Source of the DNA: Chlorobiota bacterium
GTDB lineage: Bacteria > Bacteroidota > Bacteroidia > Bacteroidales > JAADJA01
NCBI GenBank assembly: GCA_013151015.1
Contig: JAADJA010000056.1
Span: forward strand, 1,524-65,523
DNA: 64,000 nucleotides
Reading direction: 5' to 3'
Part shown: piece after piece, positions 50,450-59,505 of the stretch
How positions within the stretch are numbered: the first letter of the stretch is position 1
How the letters are laid out: each line of letters starts with the position of its first letter
The notes under the pieces: generated by a model
What the model was told of the DNA's origin: nothing
Seen by the model: the letters and a program-made list of their open reading frames with translations, nothing else
Database searches by the model: none
Position numbers and translations under genes: made by a program

Positions 50450-52318
50450 ATGTTTATGAAAAAGCTATTTACTATTTTGTTGATTTCCTGTTTTGGAATT
50501 TATGGTTTTGCGCAGCAAAGGGCTGTTAGCCCGAAACAAGTGCGCATCCAGGCGGCCTTTGTAAAGGAAGCCCCACTTGAAGCGGCCATTCAAAATGGCA
50601 CATCTGTAATCCCGTTAAAATCCCCTTCGTTTTTTACGATTAATGAAACGCAAGTGGGAATGACGAGGTATGACGATCAGGCGAACGCAAGTTTGCAGAA
50701 CCGGATTTACGTTTTTATCGACAATACCATCGGCGCTACGTGGACGCAAGGATTGGATGATGTGGGGGCTTTTGGTGACAGGGGAACGGGCTATTCCTAT
50801 TTTGATGGAAACGTATGGAGCGAAATCCCTGATTCCCGTATCGAAGACGAAAAAACAGGTTGGCCTTCCTATTGCCCGTATGGGGAAAACGGGGAGTTGG
50901 TCGCAGCCCATACTTCCGGTAGCGGAACCAAGTTTTCCACAAGGGATACAAAAGGGGAAGGCGATTGGGACTATTTTACCCTTTCAGGTCCTGCCGGACA
51001 AGATTATATTTTGTGGAACCGTACCGTTACCAGCGGGCCAAACAATAACCGTATCCACCACTTTTCACTTACATTGCCCTCAACTCATGGGGGAACACCG
51101 TATGAGGGTGTTGACGGGGCTTTGCTTTATTCCTTGTCAACCGATGGTGGGAATTCCTGGAGTATTGAAAATGAGTTCTTGGATGGAATGACTTCCGATG
51201 AATATGTTGGGTTCGAAGCCGATAATTATGCCTGGGCAGAACCAAAGGGGGATGTCCTTGCTTTTGTGGTTGGCGATCCTTCCATTGATATGTTCCTGAT
51301 GAAATCAACCGATGGCGGCGAAACTTTTGAACAAACAATCATTTGGGAAAATCCTTATCCTTTCTGGGAAGGCGAACCTACCGATACTTTTTATTGTGTG
51401 GATGGTTCCCAAAGTGTTGCCATTGACGATGACGGATTGGTACATGTCGCATTTGGGATCAATATGTCCTTAACGGATGATGGCGGTACCTATTGGTTCC
51501 CTTTTGTTGACGGTATAGGTTATTGGAACGAAAATATGCCGGCTTTTTCAAATGACCTGAACGCCTTGAGCCCTTATGGCGATCCGGGTTCCGAAATGGT
51601 TGAGGACTATAATCTCATTGGCTGGACACAAGACGTGAACGGCAATGGCGAGATTGATTTGATAACATCAGATTACGGACAATATTACATTGGCTTATCA
51701 AGTATGCCCCAACTGGTGATTAAAGGGAATTGGATATTCCTGGTCTATACTTCAATGACCGAAACTTTTGACAACGGAATTAAAAATTTCAGGCATATAT
51801 GGGCACGGGTTTCATTTGACGGAGGTGAAAACTGGGGGGAGTTTACCGATCTTTCCAGCGATCTTGTCCATATCTTTGATGAATGTGTTTATCCTTCCTG
51901 TGCCCCAAATATGGATAATTCGCTTTTCCTGGTTTATCAAACCGATGCCGAACCGGGAACCGCAGTTTGGGGGGGACAGCATCCCTATGATGATAATAAA
52001 ATCCATGTGATGGAAGTGATGAGCAGTCTTACTGGTATTGGAGATCAGGAAAGACTTGCCGAATATGATGTTCTGCAAAATGTCCCGAACCCTGCAAGTT
52101 CTTCCACAGTAATAGGTGTGAACCTGCATAAAAAATCAGGGCTGGGATTGAAAGTCCTGAACCTTGCCGGGCAAATTGTTTATTCTAAGACCATTCGTGC
52201 CGCCCTTCCCGGAATGAACAAGATAAGCGTGGATGTGAGTGGGTTTTCACCGGGTGTTTATTTCTATACGGTTGATTCCGGAGGGGGTTCCGTTTCAAAA
52301 AAGATGATTGTGGAGTAG
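50450..52318 (+). CDS. BNR/Asp-box repeat (sialidase-like beta-propeller) protein with a T9SS C-terminal sorting domain
   Basis: It has a signal peptide. The Asp-boxes are SLSTDGGNSW, KSTDGGETF and SFDGGENW. The C-terminus (NVPNPASSSTVI...GVYFYTVDSGGGSVSKKMIVE) is a T9SS CTD. Confidence 0.65.
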   Translation: MFMKKLFTILLISCFGIYGFAQQRAVSPKQVRIQAAFVKEAPLEAAIQNGTSVIPLKSPSFFTINETQVGMTRYDDQANASLQNRIYVFIDNTIGATWTQGLDDVGAFGDRGTGYSYFDGNVWSEIPDSRIEDEKTGWPSYCPYGENGELVAAHTSGSGTKFSTRDTKGEGDWDYFTLSGPAGQDYILWNRTVTSGPNNNRIHHFSLTLPSTHGGTPYEGVDGALLYSLSTDGGNSWSIENEFLDGMTSDEYVGFEADNYAWAEPKGDVLAFVVGDPSIDMFLMKSTDGGETFEQTIIWENPYPFWEGEPTDTFYCVDGSQSVAIDDDGLVHVAFGINMSLTDDGGTYWFPFVDGIGYWNENMPAFSNDLNALSPYGDPGSEMVEDYNLIGWTQDVNGNGEIDLITSDYGQYYIGLSSMPQLVIKGNWIFLVYTSMTETFDNGIKNFRHIWARVSFDGGENWGEFTDLSSDLVHIFDECVYPSCAPNMDNSLFLVYQTDAEPGTAVWGGQHPYDDNKIHVMEVMSSLTGIGDQERLAEYDVLQNVPNPASSSTVIGVNLHKKSGLGLKVLNLAGQIVYSKTIRAALPGMNKISVDVSGFSPGVYFYTVDSGGGSVSKKMIVE

Positions 52319-52479
52319 GCTTAAGTCAAGCTTCAAGTTTCGATTGAGGTAAAGGGTGTTTATACAGATCGAAATCAAGTTTGCAATTTTTTTTGGATTG
52401 ATTTCGTCAGTATTGCATTAAATATTCAAAGGCAATTCAGTAAATATTGCTGGATGGTTTTTTTAAAAGATACCCTTTA

Positions 52480-52526
52480 TTGGTGTTGTCACCCGTTGCC
52501 CCTTGTTGGTGTTGTCACCAACAAGG
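52480..52526. repeat. Direct repeat plus a perfect 11-bp-stem hairpin upstream of dnaG
   Basis: ttggtgttgtcacc occurs at 52480-52493 and 52506-52519. ccttgttggtg-ttgt-caccaacaagg lies at 52501-52526. Confidence 0.85.
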
Positions 52527-52591
52527 ACAAAATTGAATTTGTGAAAAACAATAATGACATTAATCCAATTTAATCCATTTCCTTTTTACCT

Positions 52592-54577
52592 TTGCTTCCT
52601 CTTTATCGAAAAATAATTCCATTGATCTCAAAAGACACCATACAGACCATTATCGAAACCTCCCGCGTGGAAGAGGTCGTGGGCGATTTTGTCACCTTGA
52701 AAAAACGCGGGGTGAATTATATTGGACTTTGCCCTTTTCACAATGAAAAAACACCATCCTTTACGGTTTCCCCGGCAAAGGGGATATATAAATGCTTTGG
52801 TTGTGGCAAAGCGGGCGGTTCCATTAATTTCATCATGGAGCATGAGCATTACAGCTATCCCGAAGCGCTCAAGTATTTGGCAAAGAAATACAATGTCGAA
52901 ATAGAGGAGGACGAACAGACACCGGAGCAAATCCAGGCCATGAACGAAAAGGAGAACCTGTATGCCGTTACTGCCTTCGCCCAAAAATATTTTACCGGTC
53001 AACTCTTGAATTCCGAAGAAGGCAAATCCATTGGCCTCTCTTATTTCAAGAACCGTGATTTCAGGGAAAACACCATCGAAAAATTTGAATTGGGCTATAA
53101 TCCCGATTCCTGGGACGCCTTTACAAAAAATGCCCTGGAGAATGGTTTTAAGCCGGAGTTCCTTTCCGCTTCCGGGATTACCATTGATAAAAACGGGAAG
53201 CGTTTCGATCGGTTTAAAGGGCGCGTAATTTTCCCCATCCATAATTTATCGGGGCGGGTTATCGGTTTTGGAGGACGGATTTTGAAAAAGGACGAAAAAG
53301 CCGCAAAGTATATCAATTCCCCTGAATCGGACATATACAATAAGAGCAAAAGCCTTTACGGGATTTATTTTGCCAAAAGCGCCATTATCAATAAGGACAA
53401 TTGCTTTTTGGTGGAGGGCTATACCGATGTTATTTCATTGCACCAGGCGGGTTTTGAAAATGTTGTGGCATCGTCCGGCACCTCGCTCACCGAAGATCAG
53501 ATCAGGCTTATCAGGAGATATACGCCCAATATCACGATATTGTACGATGGCGACGAGGCCGGGCTGAAAGCTTCGTTCCGTGGGATTGATATGATTTTGG
53601 GGCAGGGGATGAACGTGAAGATTGTGATGTTCCCTGCGGGAGAAGACCCCGATTCCTTTGTCAGGAGCCACCGCAGTATTGAAGTGGAAGAGTACCTCGA
53701 TGGCAATGCAAAGGATTTTATCCGTTTCAAAACAGGCATACTCCTGAAAGAAACTAAAGACGATCCGGTAAAGAAGGCGGGTTTGATAAAGGAAATAGTA
53801 CAAAGTATTTCCCTTATCCCCGATGGGATCACACGTTCGGTCTATGTAAAGGAATGCTCTTCCATGATGGATATTGGCGAGCAGACCCTGATGAACGAAC
53901 TGAACAAACGCCTTCGTGAAAAATTCAAAAAGCAAAACAAACTTTCGCCTACCGAACCGCAGCCACCGGTTTTTGTGGAAGCTCAACCCGACCATCAGCA
54001 AATCGAAGTTGACTTCCTCAATTCCGAGTACCAGGAAAAAGATATCATCCGGCTGTTGTTGAATTATGGCCATGAGGAATTGACCCTTGACGTAGATGAT
54101 GGGCATGGCCATCCCGCTACCGAAACCGTATCGGTCGCAAGGTTTATCGTAGATGATTTGAATGCCGATGAAATTAAGTTCAACAATGGTGAATACCAGT
54201 TTGTTTTTGATGAATATGCTGAAATGCTTGGGAAGGATGAAATCCCCGAGGATAAGTATTTCATTAACCATGAAGACCAAAAAGTATCGAAAGCAGCCAT
54301 TGACCTTCTGACGACACCCTATGAGCTAAGCAAGAACTGGGAGGAAGTGGCCCGTGTTATTGTGACCACTGAAAAGGGAAAACTGTTACAAGCGGTCGAA
54401 AATGCGGTTTTGTCTTTTAAGGCCAAACGGATAGAAGAGTTGGTGCATAAAAACCAGGAGAAATTGAAGGCAGTGGAAAATGATGAAGATTTGCTTATCC
54501 TGCTCAATGAACTGAAAAACCTAAAGGAAACGAGCCGGGAAATCAACAGGTTGATGGGCAGGGTGATAACACGGTAA
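52592..54577 (+). CDS. dnaG: DNA primase
   Basis: It has the zinc finger CPFHNEKTPSFTVSPAKGIYKCFGCGKAG and the TOPRIM motifs VEGYTDV and YDGDEAG. There is no ATG near the conserved N-terminus. The start is probably the TTG at 52592 or the TTG at 52622. Confidence 0.9.
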   Translation: MLPLYRKIIPLISKDTIQTIIETSRVEEVVGDFVTLKKRGVNYIGLCPFHNEKTPSFTVSPAKGIYKCFGCGKAGGSINFIMEHEHYSYPEALKYLAKKYNVEIEEDEQTPEQIQAMNEKENLYAVTAFAQKYFTGQLLNSEEGKSIGLSYFKNRDFRENTIEKFELGYNPDSWDAFTKNALENGFKPEFLSASGITIDKNGKRFDRFKGRVIFPIHNLSGRVIGFGGRILKKDEKAAKYINSPESDIYNKSKSLYGIYFAKSAIINKDNCFLVEGYTDVISLHQAGFENVVASSGTSLTEDQIRLIRRYTPNITILYDGDEAGLKASFRGIDMILGQGMNVKIVMFPAGEDPDSFVRSHRSIEVEEYLDGNAKDFIRFKTGILLKETKDDPVKKAGLIKEIVQSISLIPDGITRSVYVKECSSMMDIGEQTLMNELNKRLREKFKKQNKLSPTEPQPPVFVEAQPDHQQIEVDFLNSEYQEKDIIRLLLNYGHEELTLDVDDGHGHPATETVSVARFIVDDLNADEIKFNNGEYQFVFDEYAEMLGKDEIPEDKYFINHEDQKVSKAAIDLLTTPYELSKNWEEVARVIVTTEKGKLLQAVENAVLSFKAKRIEELVHKNQEKLKAVENDEDLLILLNELKNLKETSREINRLMGRVITR

Positions 54578-54612
54578 AAAAATATCAAGGGAAATATTTC
54601 GGTTTTTGGGTT

Positions 54613-55254
54613 TTATTTACTCCCTTTCACGGTATCCACTTCAAATTTCACCGCCTTTCTTTTCTTTTCAAAATAGGCAATGCCATCGGGCTTGGCAATG
54701 GATCGGACGAGATCTTCGAACATTACTTCAAAAAGTGTTTCAAATGAGAATTTCTCTGGAGGGAAAAGGTCTGGGTTGTGGATATCGATAAGGCGGCTTA
54801 AATAGAGACGGGCCAAAAGTTCGATGCTCAAATCATCGCGATATATGCCCTGGTCGATCCCTTTGGTGATATTGATCTGTATTTTGTCAAAAATAAAACC
54901 AAGGCGCTTGTCGAAATGGGCTTGATAGATTTTAGGGTATTTTTCCTTCAAATGAATTGTGATGGCCGGGCTTACCAGCAGAAAGTTATTTGCAACTTCT
55001 TTGCTTACGGTAAACAGTATGTCGATGGCATTTACCCCTTCAAAATTATGCACCAGGAAAATATTCTCAAACTTTTGCCTTTCGAGGTCAAGGATTTTTT
55101 CGACCAGTTCTGCCTTGCTTTTCACATGTTGGGTCAATTCATTTTTGGTAATCCCGGTTTTTTTTTCAATTTGGTAAAATGAAAAATCTTTGAGCCTTTT
55201 TTCCCGGGCCGCATATCTTATTTCTTTGAGGATTTCCAGAAAACGATCTTCCAT
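54613..55254 (-). CDS. TetR/AcrR-family transcriptional regulator
   Basis: The N-terminal HTH-like segment is FSFYQIEKKTGITKNELTQHVKSKAELVEKIL, and the C-terminal half is helical. I prefer the ATG at 55254. Confidence 0.55.
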   Translation of the reverse strand: MEDRFLEILKEIRYAAREKRLKDFSFYQIEKKTGITKNELTQHVKSKAELVEKILDLERQKFENIFLVHNFEGVNAIDILFTVSKEVANNFLLVSPAITIHLKEKYPKIYQAHFDKRLGFIFDKIQINITKGIDQGIYRDDLSIELLARLYLSRLIDIHNPDLFPPEKFSFETLFEVMFEDLVRSIAKPDGIAYFEKKRKAVKFEVDTVKGSK

Positions 55255-55488
55255 GAATGTGAGATTGGTGAAGATAATAGATGAATTGTGGAACAAAAGT
55301 ATGGAAATAATACCCGTACGGTACATTAATTTATTCAAGAAACTAACAATGGGACGTTAATTGTTTTTATTGGGATTATCCAATTTAACAATTCAAGTTT
55401 TTTGGTTTTAATATCCATAATATTTGCCTGTTGTTTTAATGGAATGCTAAAGTAGTAAAATATTTCCATGCATATCATTGTTCATGGC

Positions 55489-55520
55489 AAAAAAATACCC
55501 CGGCATTTCTGCCGGGGTAT
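55489..55520 (-). terminator. Rho-independent terminator of gdhA (potentially bidirectional)
   Basis: The stem ataccccggca/tgccggggtat lies at 55495-55520. It is flanked by an A run on the left and a T run on the right. Confidence 0.75.
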
Positions 55521-55541
55521 TTTTCATTGGATTCAGGAGAA

Positions 55542-56888
55542 TTATACAATTCCCTGTGCGAGCATTGCATCGGCAACTTTTACGAAACCGGCAATATTGG
55601 CCCCAACCATATGGTTGATATAACCATCTTTCTCTGTTCCATATTTCACGCAATTGTCATGGATGTCGATCATGATGTTGCGGAGCTTAGTGTCAACTTC
55701 TTCCCTTGACCATCCGTAACGCATTGAGTTTTGCGACATTTCAAGACCTGAAACGGCAACACCACCTGCATTGGCAGCTTTGGCCGGGCCATAAAGGATT
55801 TTGTTTTCGATGTAAACGTTGATAGCATCTGGCGTGGAAGGCATATTGGCCCCTTCAGAAACCACGAAACAACCATTGGCAATAAGTGTTTTGGCTTCTT
55901 CTTCGTTCACCTCGTTTTGTGTTGCTGAAGGAAGTGCAACATCACATTTGATGCCCCATGGGCGTTGTCCTTCGTGATATTCACATCCGTATTTTTCAGC
56001 ATATTCTTTGATACGGCCTCTTTTTTCGTTTTTCAGGTACATAACGAAAGCAAGTTTTTCGGCATCAACTCCTTCTGGATCATAAATGAACCCGGCAGAA
56101 TCAGAAAGTGTAACCACTTTGCCACCTAATTCAGTAACTTTTTCGGTTGCATACTGGGCAACGTTACCAGAACCAGAAACCGTACAAATTTTGCCTTTTA
56201 AGCTGTCACCACGTGTTTTCAGCATTTCCTCTGCAAAATAAACCTGTCCGTAACCTGTGGCTTCCGGACGGATTAGACTGCCGCCCCACTCAATTCCTTT
56301 ACCTGTGAGAACACCGGTAAATTCATTCCTGAGCCTTTTGTATTGGCCGAACATGAAACCGATCTCGCGGCCACCAACCCCGATATCACCGGCAGGAACG
56401 TCAGTATTGGGTCCGATATGACGGAACAATTCTGACATAAAGCTTTGGGTAAAGCGCATCACTTCTGCATCTGACTTTCCTTTGGGATCAAAATCGGAAC
56501 CACCTTTACCACCACCCATGGGAAGTGTGGTAAGGCTGTTTTTCAACACTTGCTCGAAAGCAAGGAATTTAAGGATTCCAAGGTTTACCGTAGGATGGAA
56601 ACGCAAACCGCCTTTGTAAGGGCCAATGGCGCTGTTCATTTCAATTCTGTATCCTTTGTTGATTTGGATTTCACCTTTGTCATCAACCCAGGGCACCCTG
56701 AAAAGGATAACCCTTTCGGGTTCCGTCATTCTTTCAAGGACTTTTGCAGCCTTGTATTTTGGGTTTTCTTCGATAAAAGGGAGGACTGTCATTGCTACTT
56801 CCTCAACTGCCTGATGAAATTCAGCTTCATTTGGATTCCTGGCAATTACTTTTGCCATAAAATCGTTTAATAATTGTTCGTTTGCCAT
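55542..56888 (-). CDS. gdhA: Glutamate dehydrogenase, NADP-type signature
   Basis: It has the catalytic region MGGGKGGSDFDPKGKS. The dinucleotide fold (SGSGNVAQYATEKVTELGGKVVTLSDSAG) resembles enterobacterial NADP-GDH. Confidence 0.9.
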   Translation of the reverse strand: MANEQLLNDFMAKVIARNPNEAEFHQAVEEVAMTVLPFIEENPKYKAAKVLERMTEPERVILFRVPWVDDKGEIQINKGYRIEMNSAIGPYKGGLRFHPTVNLGILKFLAFEQVLKNSLTTLPMGGGKGGSDFDPKGKSDAEVMRFTQSFMSELFRHIGPNTDVPAGDIGVGGREIGFMFGQYKRLRNEFTGVLTGKGIEWGGSLIRPEATGYGQVYFAEEMLKTRGDSLKGKICTVSGSGNVAQYATEKVTELGGKVVTLSDSAGFIYDPEGVDAEKLAFVMYLKNEKRGRIKEYAEKYGCEYHEGQRPWGIKCDVALPSATQNEVNEEEAKTLIANGCFVVSEGANMPSTPDAINVYIENKILYGPAKAANAGGVAVSGLEMSQNSMRYGWSREEVDTKLRNIMIDIHDNCVKYGTEKDGYINHMVGANIAGFVKVADAMLAQGIV

Positions 56889-57310
56889 AATGTAACTATC
56901 TTTAAATTAACTAATTAGTGTTTAGTGTTTTTTATATGGCGCAATATTAAATAAAATTATTAATTCTCAAAAAGAAATTTTAGGGCAATTCGTCAACAAA
57001 ACAGCTTGTTGAACTTTGAATTGCCTGATACTAAAGGATTATAGGCTTATTTACCTTTGTGAAAAAAATAACAATATATAATATTTTTAAATAAGAAATA
57101 TTTTTGCCTTTTTGTTTGGATGGTATTTGGATTAGGTTCACATTTGCAAACTTTTTAAATCCATTGTTAATTAATTAACAATAGATTTAATTGATGAAAA
57201 TCAGTAAATTAGTTTTTATTTGCAACAATTCATAATAGTTTTTGCAATTGGTGTATTTGTGATTTATTAATATCAGATGATTTTTTAACAACCCTTTAAA
57301 ATCTATTGTC

Positions 57311-58648
57311 ATGAACCTTGAAAAAACAATGAACGATCTTGCCAAAAGACATCCGAGCGAGGTTGAGTATTTGCAAGCCGTAAGAGAGGTGCTCGAATCA
57401 ATTGAAGACGTGGTCAATCAAAATCCCCAATTTGAATCTGCCGGGATTATCGAAAGGATAATCGAACCCGACAGGGTATTGACATTTAAAGTCCCATGGG
57501 TGGACGACAGCGGAAAAGTGCATGTTAACCTGGGTTACAGGGTGCAATTCAATAATGCGCTGGGGCCTTATAAAGGAGGATTGCGCTTTCACCCAAGTGT
57601 GAATTTGAGCATCCTGAAATTTCTCGGTTTTGAACAAATCTTCAAGAACAGCCTCACAACTTTGCCCATTGGTGGGGGAAAGGGAGGTTCCGATTTTGAC
57701 CCAAAAGCTAAATCGGACAGGGAAATCATGCGTTTTTGCCAGGCGTTTATGCTTGAGCTCTGGAAACTTATCGGACCTGAAATGGATGTCCCGGCCGGGG
57801 ATATTGGTGTAGGTGGAAAAGAGATTGGATATTTATTTGGGATGTACAAAAAGCTTACCCGCGAACATCATGGCGTGCTTACCGGGAAAGGATTAAATTG
57901 GGGAGGAAGCCTTATAAGGCCTGAAGCTACCGGATATGGGGCCGTTTATTTTGCCCGGGAAATGCTGGCGACCAAAGGGGAAAGCCTGGAAGGCAAAACA
58001 GTTTGTATTTCAGGTTTTGGCAACGTTGCCTGGGGAGCTGCGCAAAAGGTCAATGAGTTTGGGGGAAAGCTTGTGACGATTTCAGGTCCCGATGGATATA
58101 TTTTTGACCCGGATGGGATTTCCGGGGAAAAGATTGAACATATGTTGGAGTTAAGGGCATCGAACCAGGACATTGTAAAGCCTTATTCCTATGAGTTCCC
58201 TGAAGCTCGTTTCTTCCAGGGAAAACATCCATGGGAAACACCTTGTGATGTTGCCCTTCCATGTGCCACTCAAAATGAATTGAATAAGGAAGACGCCGAA
58301 AACCTGGTGAAGAACGGGTGCTCTTGTGTTGCAGAAGGTGCAAATATGCCCTCCACGCCCGAAGCCATTGAGGTGCTCCTTAACAATAAGGTGCTCTTTG
58401 GCCCGGGAAAGGCTGTAAACGCAGGTGGTGTTGCAACTTCCGGATTGGAGATGTCGCAGAATGCAATGAAGTTTAATTGGCCCAGCGAAGAGGTGGACGA
58501 AAAACTTCACCATATTATGAAGAGCATTCACAAAACATGTGTGGAACATGGCAAGGAAAGCGATGGCTATATCAATTATGTAAAAGGGGCCAATGTTGCC
58601 GGATTCCTTAAAGTTGCCAATGCCATGTTGGATCAGGGGATTGTGTAA
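57311..58648 (+). CDS. Glutamate dehydrogenase paralogue, NAD-type signature
   Basis: It contains IGGGKGGSDFDPKAKS. The dinucleotide fold (SGFGNVAWGAAQKVNEFGGKLVTISGPDGY) resembles clostridial NAD-GDH as I recall it. Confidence 0.85.
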   Translation: MNLEKTMNDLAKRHPSEVEYLQAVREVLESIEDVVNQNPQFESAGIIERIIEPDRVLTFKVPWVDDSGKVHVNLGYRVQFNNALGPYKGGLRFHPSVNLSILKFLGFEQIFKNSLTTLPIGGGKGGSDFDPKAKSDREIMRFCQAFMLELWKLIGPEMDVPAGDIGVGGKEIGYLFGMYKKLTREHHGVLTGKGLNWGGSLIRPEATGYGAVYFAREMLATKGESLEGKTVCISGFGNVAWGAAQKVNEFGGKLVTISGPDGYIFDPDGISGEKIEHMLELRASNQDIVKPYSYEFPEARFFQGKHPWETPCDVALPCATQNELNKEDAENLVKNGCSCVAEGANMPSTPEAIEVLLNNKVLFGPGKAVNAGGVATSGLEMSQNAMKFNWPSEEVDEKLHHIMKSIHKTCVEHGKESDGYINYVKGANVAGFLKVANAMLDQGIV

Positions 58649-58762
58649 CGCTTTCCTGCCTTTGGTTATGTCGTACACCCTTGGAGGTCGATAGTGAAAA
58701 AAGAAGAAATAAATGGTTTGACCACTATACTATTTTAGTAATTTTGTTTTTCAAGGCATTAC

Positions 58763-59044
58763 TTGTTTTCACTATTGCGTTATAAAAAAATAGTCCTTAG
58801 GCAAACAATAACAATTAGACTTAAAGATGAAAGTGTGGATTTTGTTTTAGAGCTTTTGAAAAGCTTAAATGGTATAACCGAACTGAAAATAGCAGATAAG
58901 GTTACAGGATCAACAGATGCGATACTTACGAACTCTATTCGTGTGCCTGAAGGAAAACCTTCCATATCCGATTTTGCAGGTTTGTGGACCGACAACCCAA
59001 AGAGTATTGAACAAATAAGGAATCAGTCATGGAAAAGGATTTAG
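58763..59044 (+). CDS. Putative antitoxin-like small protein upstream of the PIN pseudogene (may itself be decayed)
   Basis: The ORF overlaps the PIN start by 16 nt, a typical toxin-antitoxin arrangement. The family-like N-terminus QTITIRLKDES is preceded by AGG rather than ATG, so the ORF depends on a TTG at 58763. Confidence 0.35.
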   Translation: MFSLLRYKKIVLRQTITIRLKDESVDFVLELLKSLNGITELKIADKVTGSTDAILTNSIRVPEGKPSISDFAGLWTDNPKSIEQIRNQSWKRI

Positions 59045-59409
59045 TTTTATGTGAAACGAATATTTTTATCCATTGGTTTAAATATTATAAACCAACTATT
59101 GAGAAATTAAAAGAAATTGGTTAAGGGAATATTGCCGTTTCTTCCAATTCTATTATGGAATTAATTGAAGGGGTTGACAATAAACAGCAACTTCAACAGC
59201 TGAAAAAGAAAATCAAAAACTACTATATCATTGATTTTACGAAAGAAGTATCAGGGCTTTCTTTAGAATTGGTGGAAAAATACAAATTGAGCCATGAATT
59301 GTAAATCCCGGATGCGATAATTGGTACAACAGCAATTACTTATAAGATTAGGTTGTTTACATATAACGTGAAAGGTTTTCACTTTATGCCCGGTATTAAT
59401 TTGTATTAG
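59029..59409 (+). pseudogene. PIN-domain (VapC-like) toxin gene interrupted by two in-frame TAA codons
   Basis: My own translation is MEKDLVLCETNIFIHWFKYYKPTIEKLKEIG*GNIAVSSNSIMELIEG...KYKLSHEL*IPDAIIGTTAITYKIRLFTYNVKGFHFMPGINLY*. The stops are at 59122-59124 and 59302-59304. The remainder is collinear with Bacteroidota VapC toxins. Confidence 0.7.
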
Positions 59410-59505
59410 TGAGTTTATGCCCGGGAGAATTCCCCTTTAATGAGTTGTTTTGCGAGAAAGTGTTTTTAGAATCGTATAAAGAATTAGAACACCACATTAT
59501 TTAAA

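Noticed and set aside
53435-54280. A 281-aa antisense ORF inside dnaG. Similar long antisense ORFs occur at 52628..53242, 61561..62142, 58151..58678, 48828..49337, 19584..20072 and 6473..6973.
   Set aside because: Each lies opposite a CDS with strong family motifs. Their translations are low-complexity and rich in F, I, L and H, with no recognisable motifs. They are most simply shadow ORFs arising from the codon bias of the sense gene.
59122-59304. Stop-codon reassignment or programmed readthrough of TAA in the PIN gene.
   Set aside because: TAA is used as the genuine terminator of many well-defined genes in this window, for example rpoD, the S9 peptidase and gap. The catalytic Asp and the partner antitoxin start also look mutated. 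Pseudogenisation is the simpler explanation.
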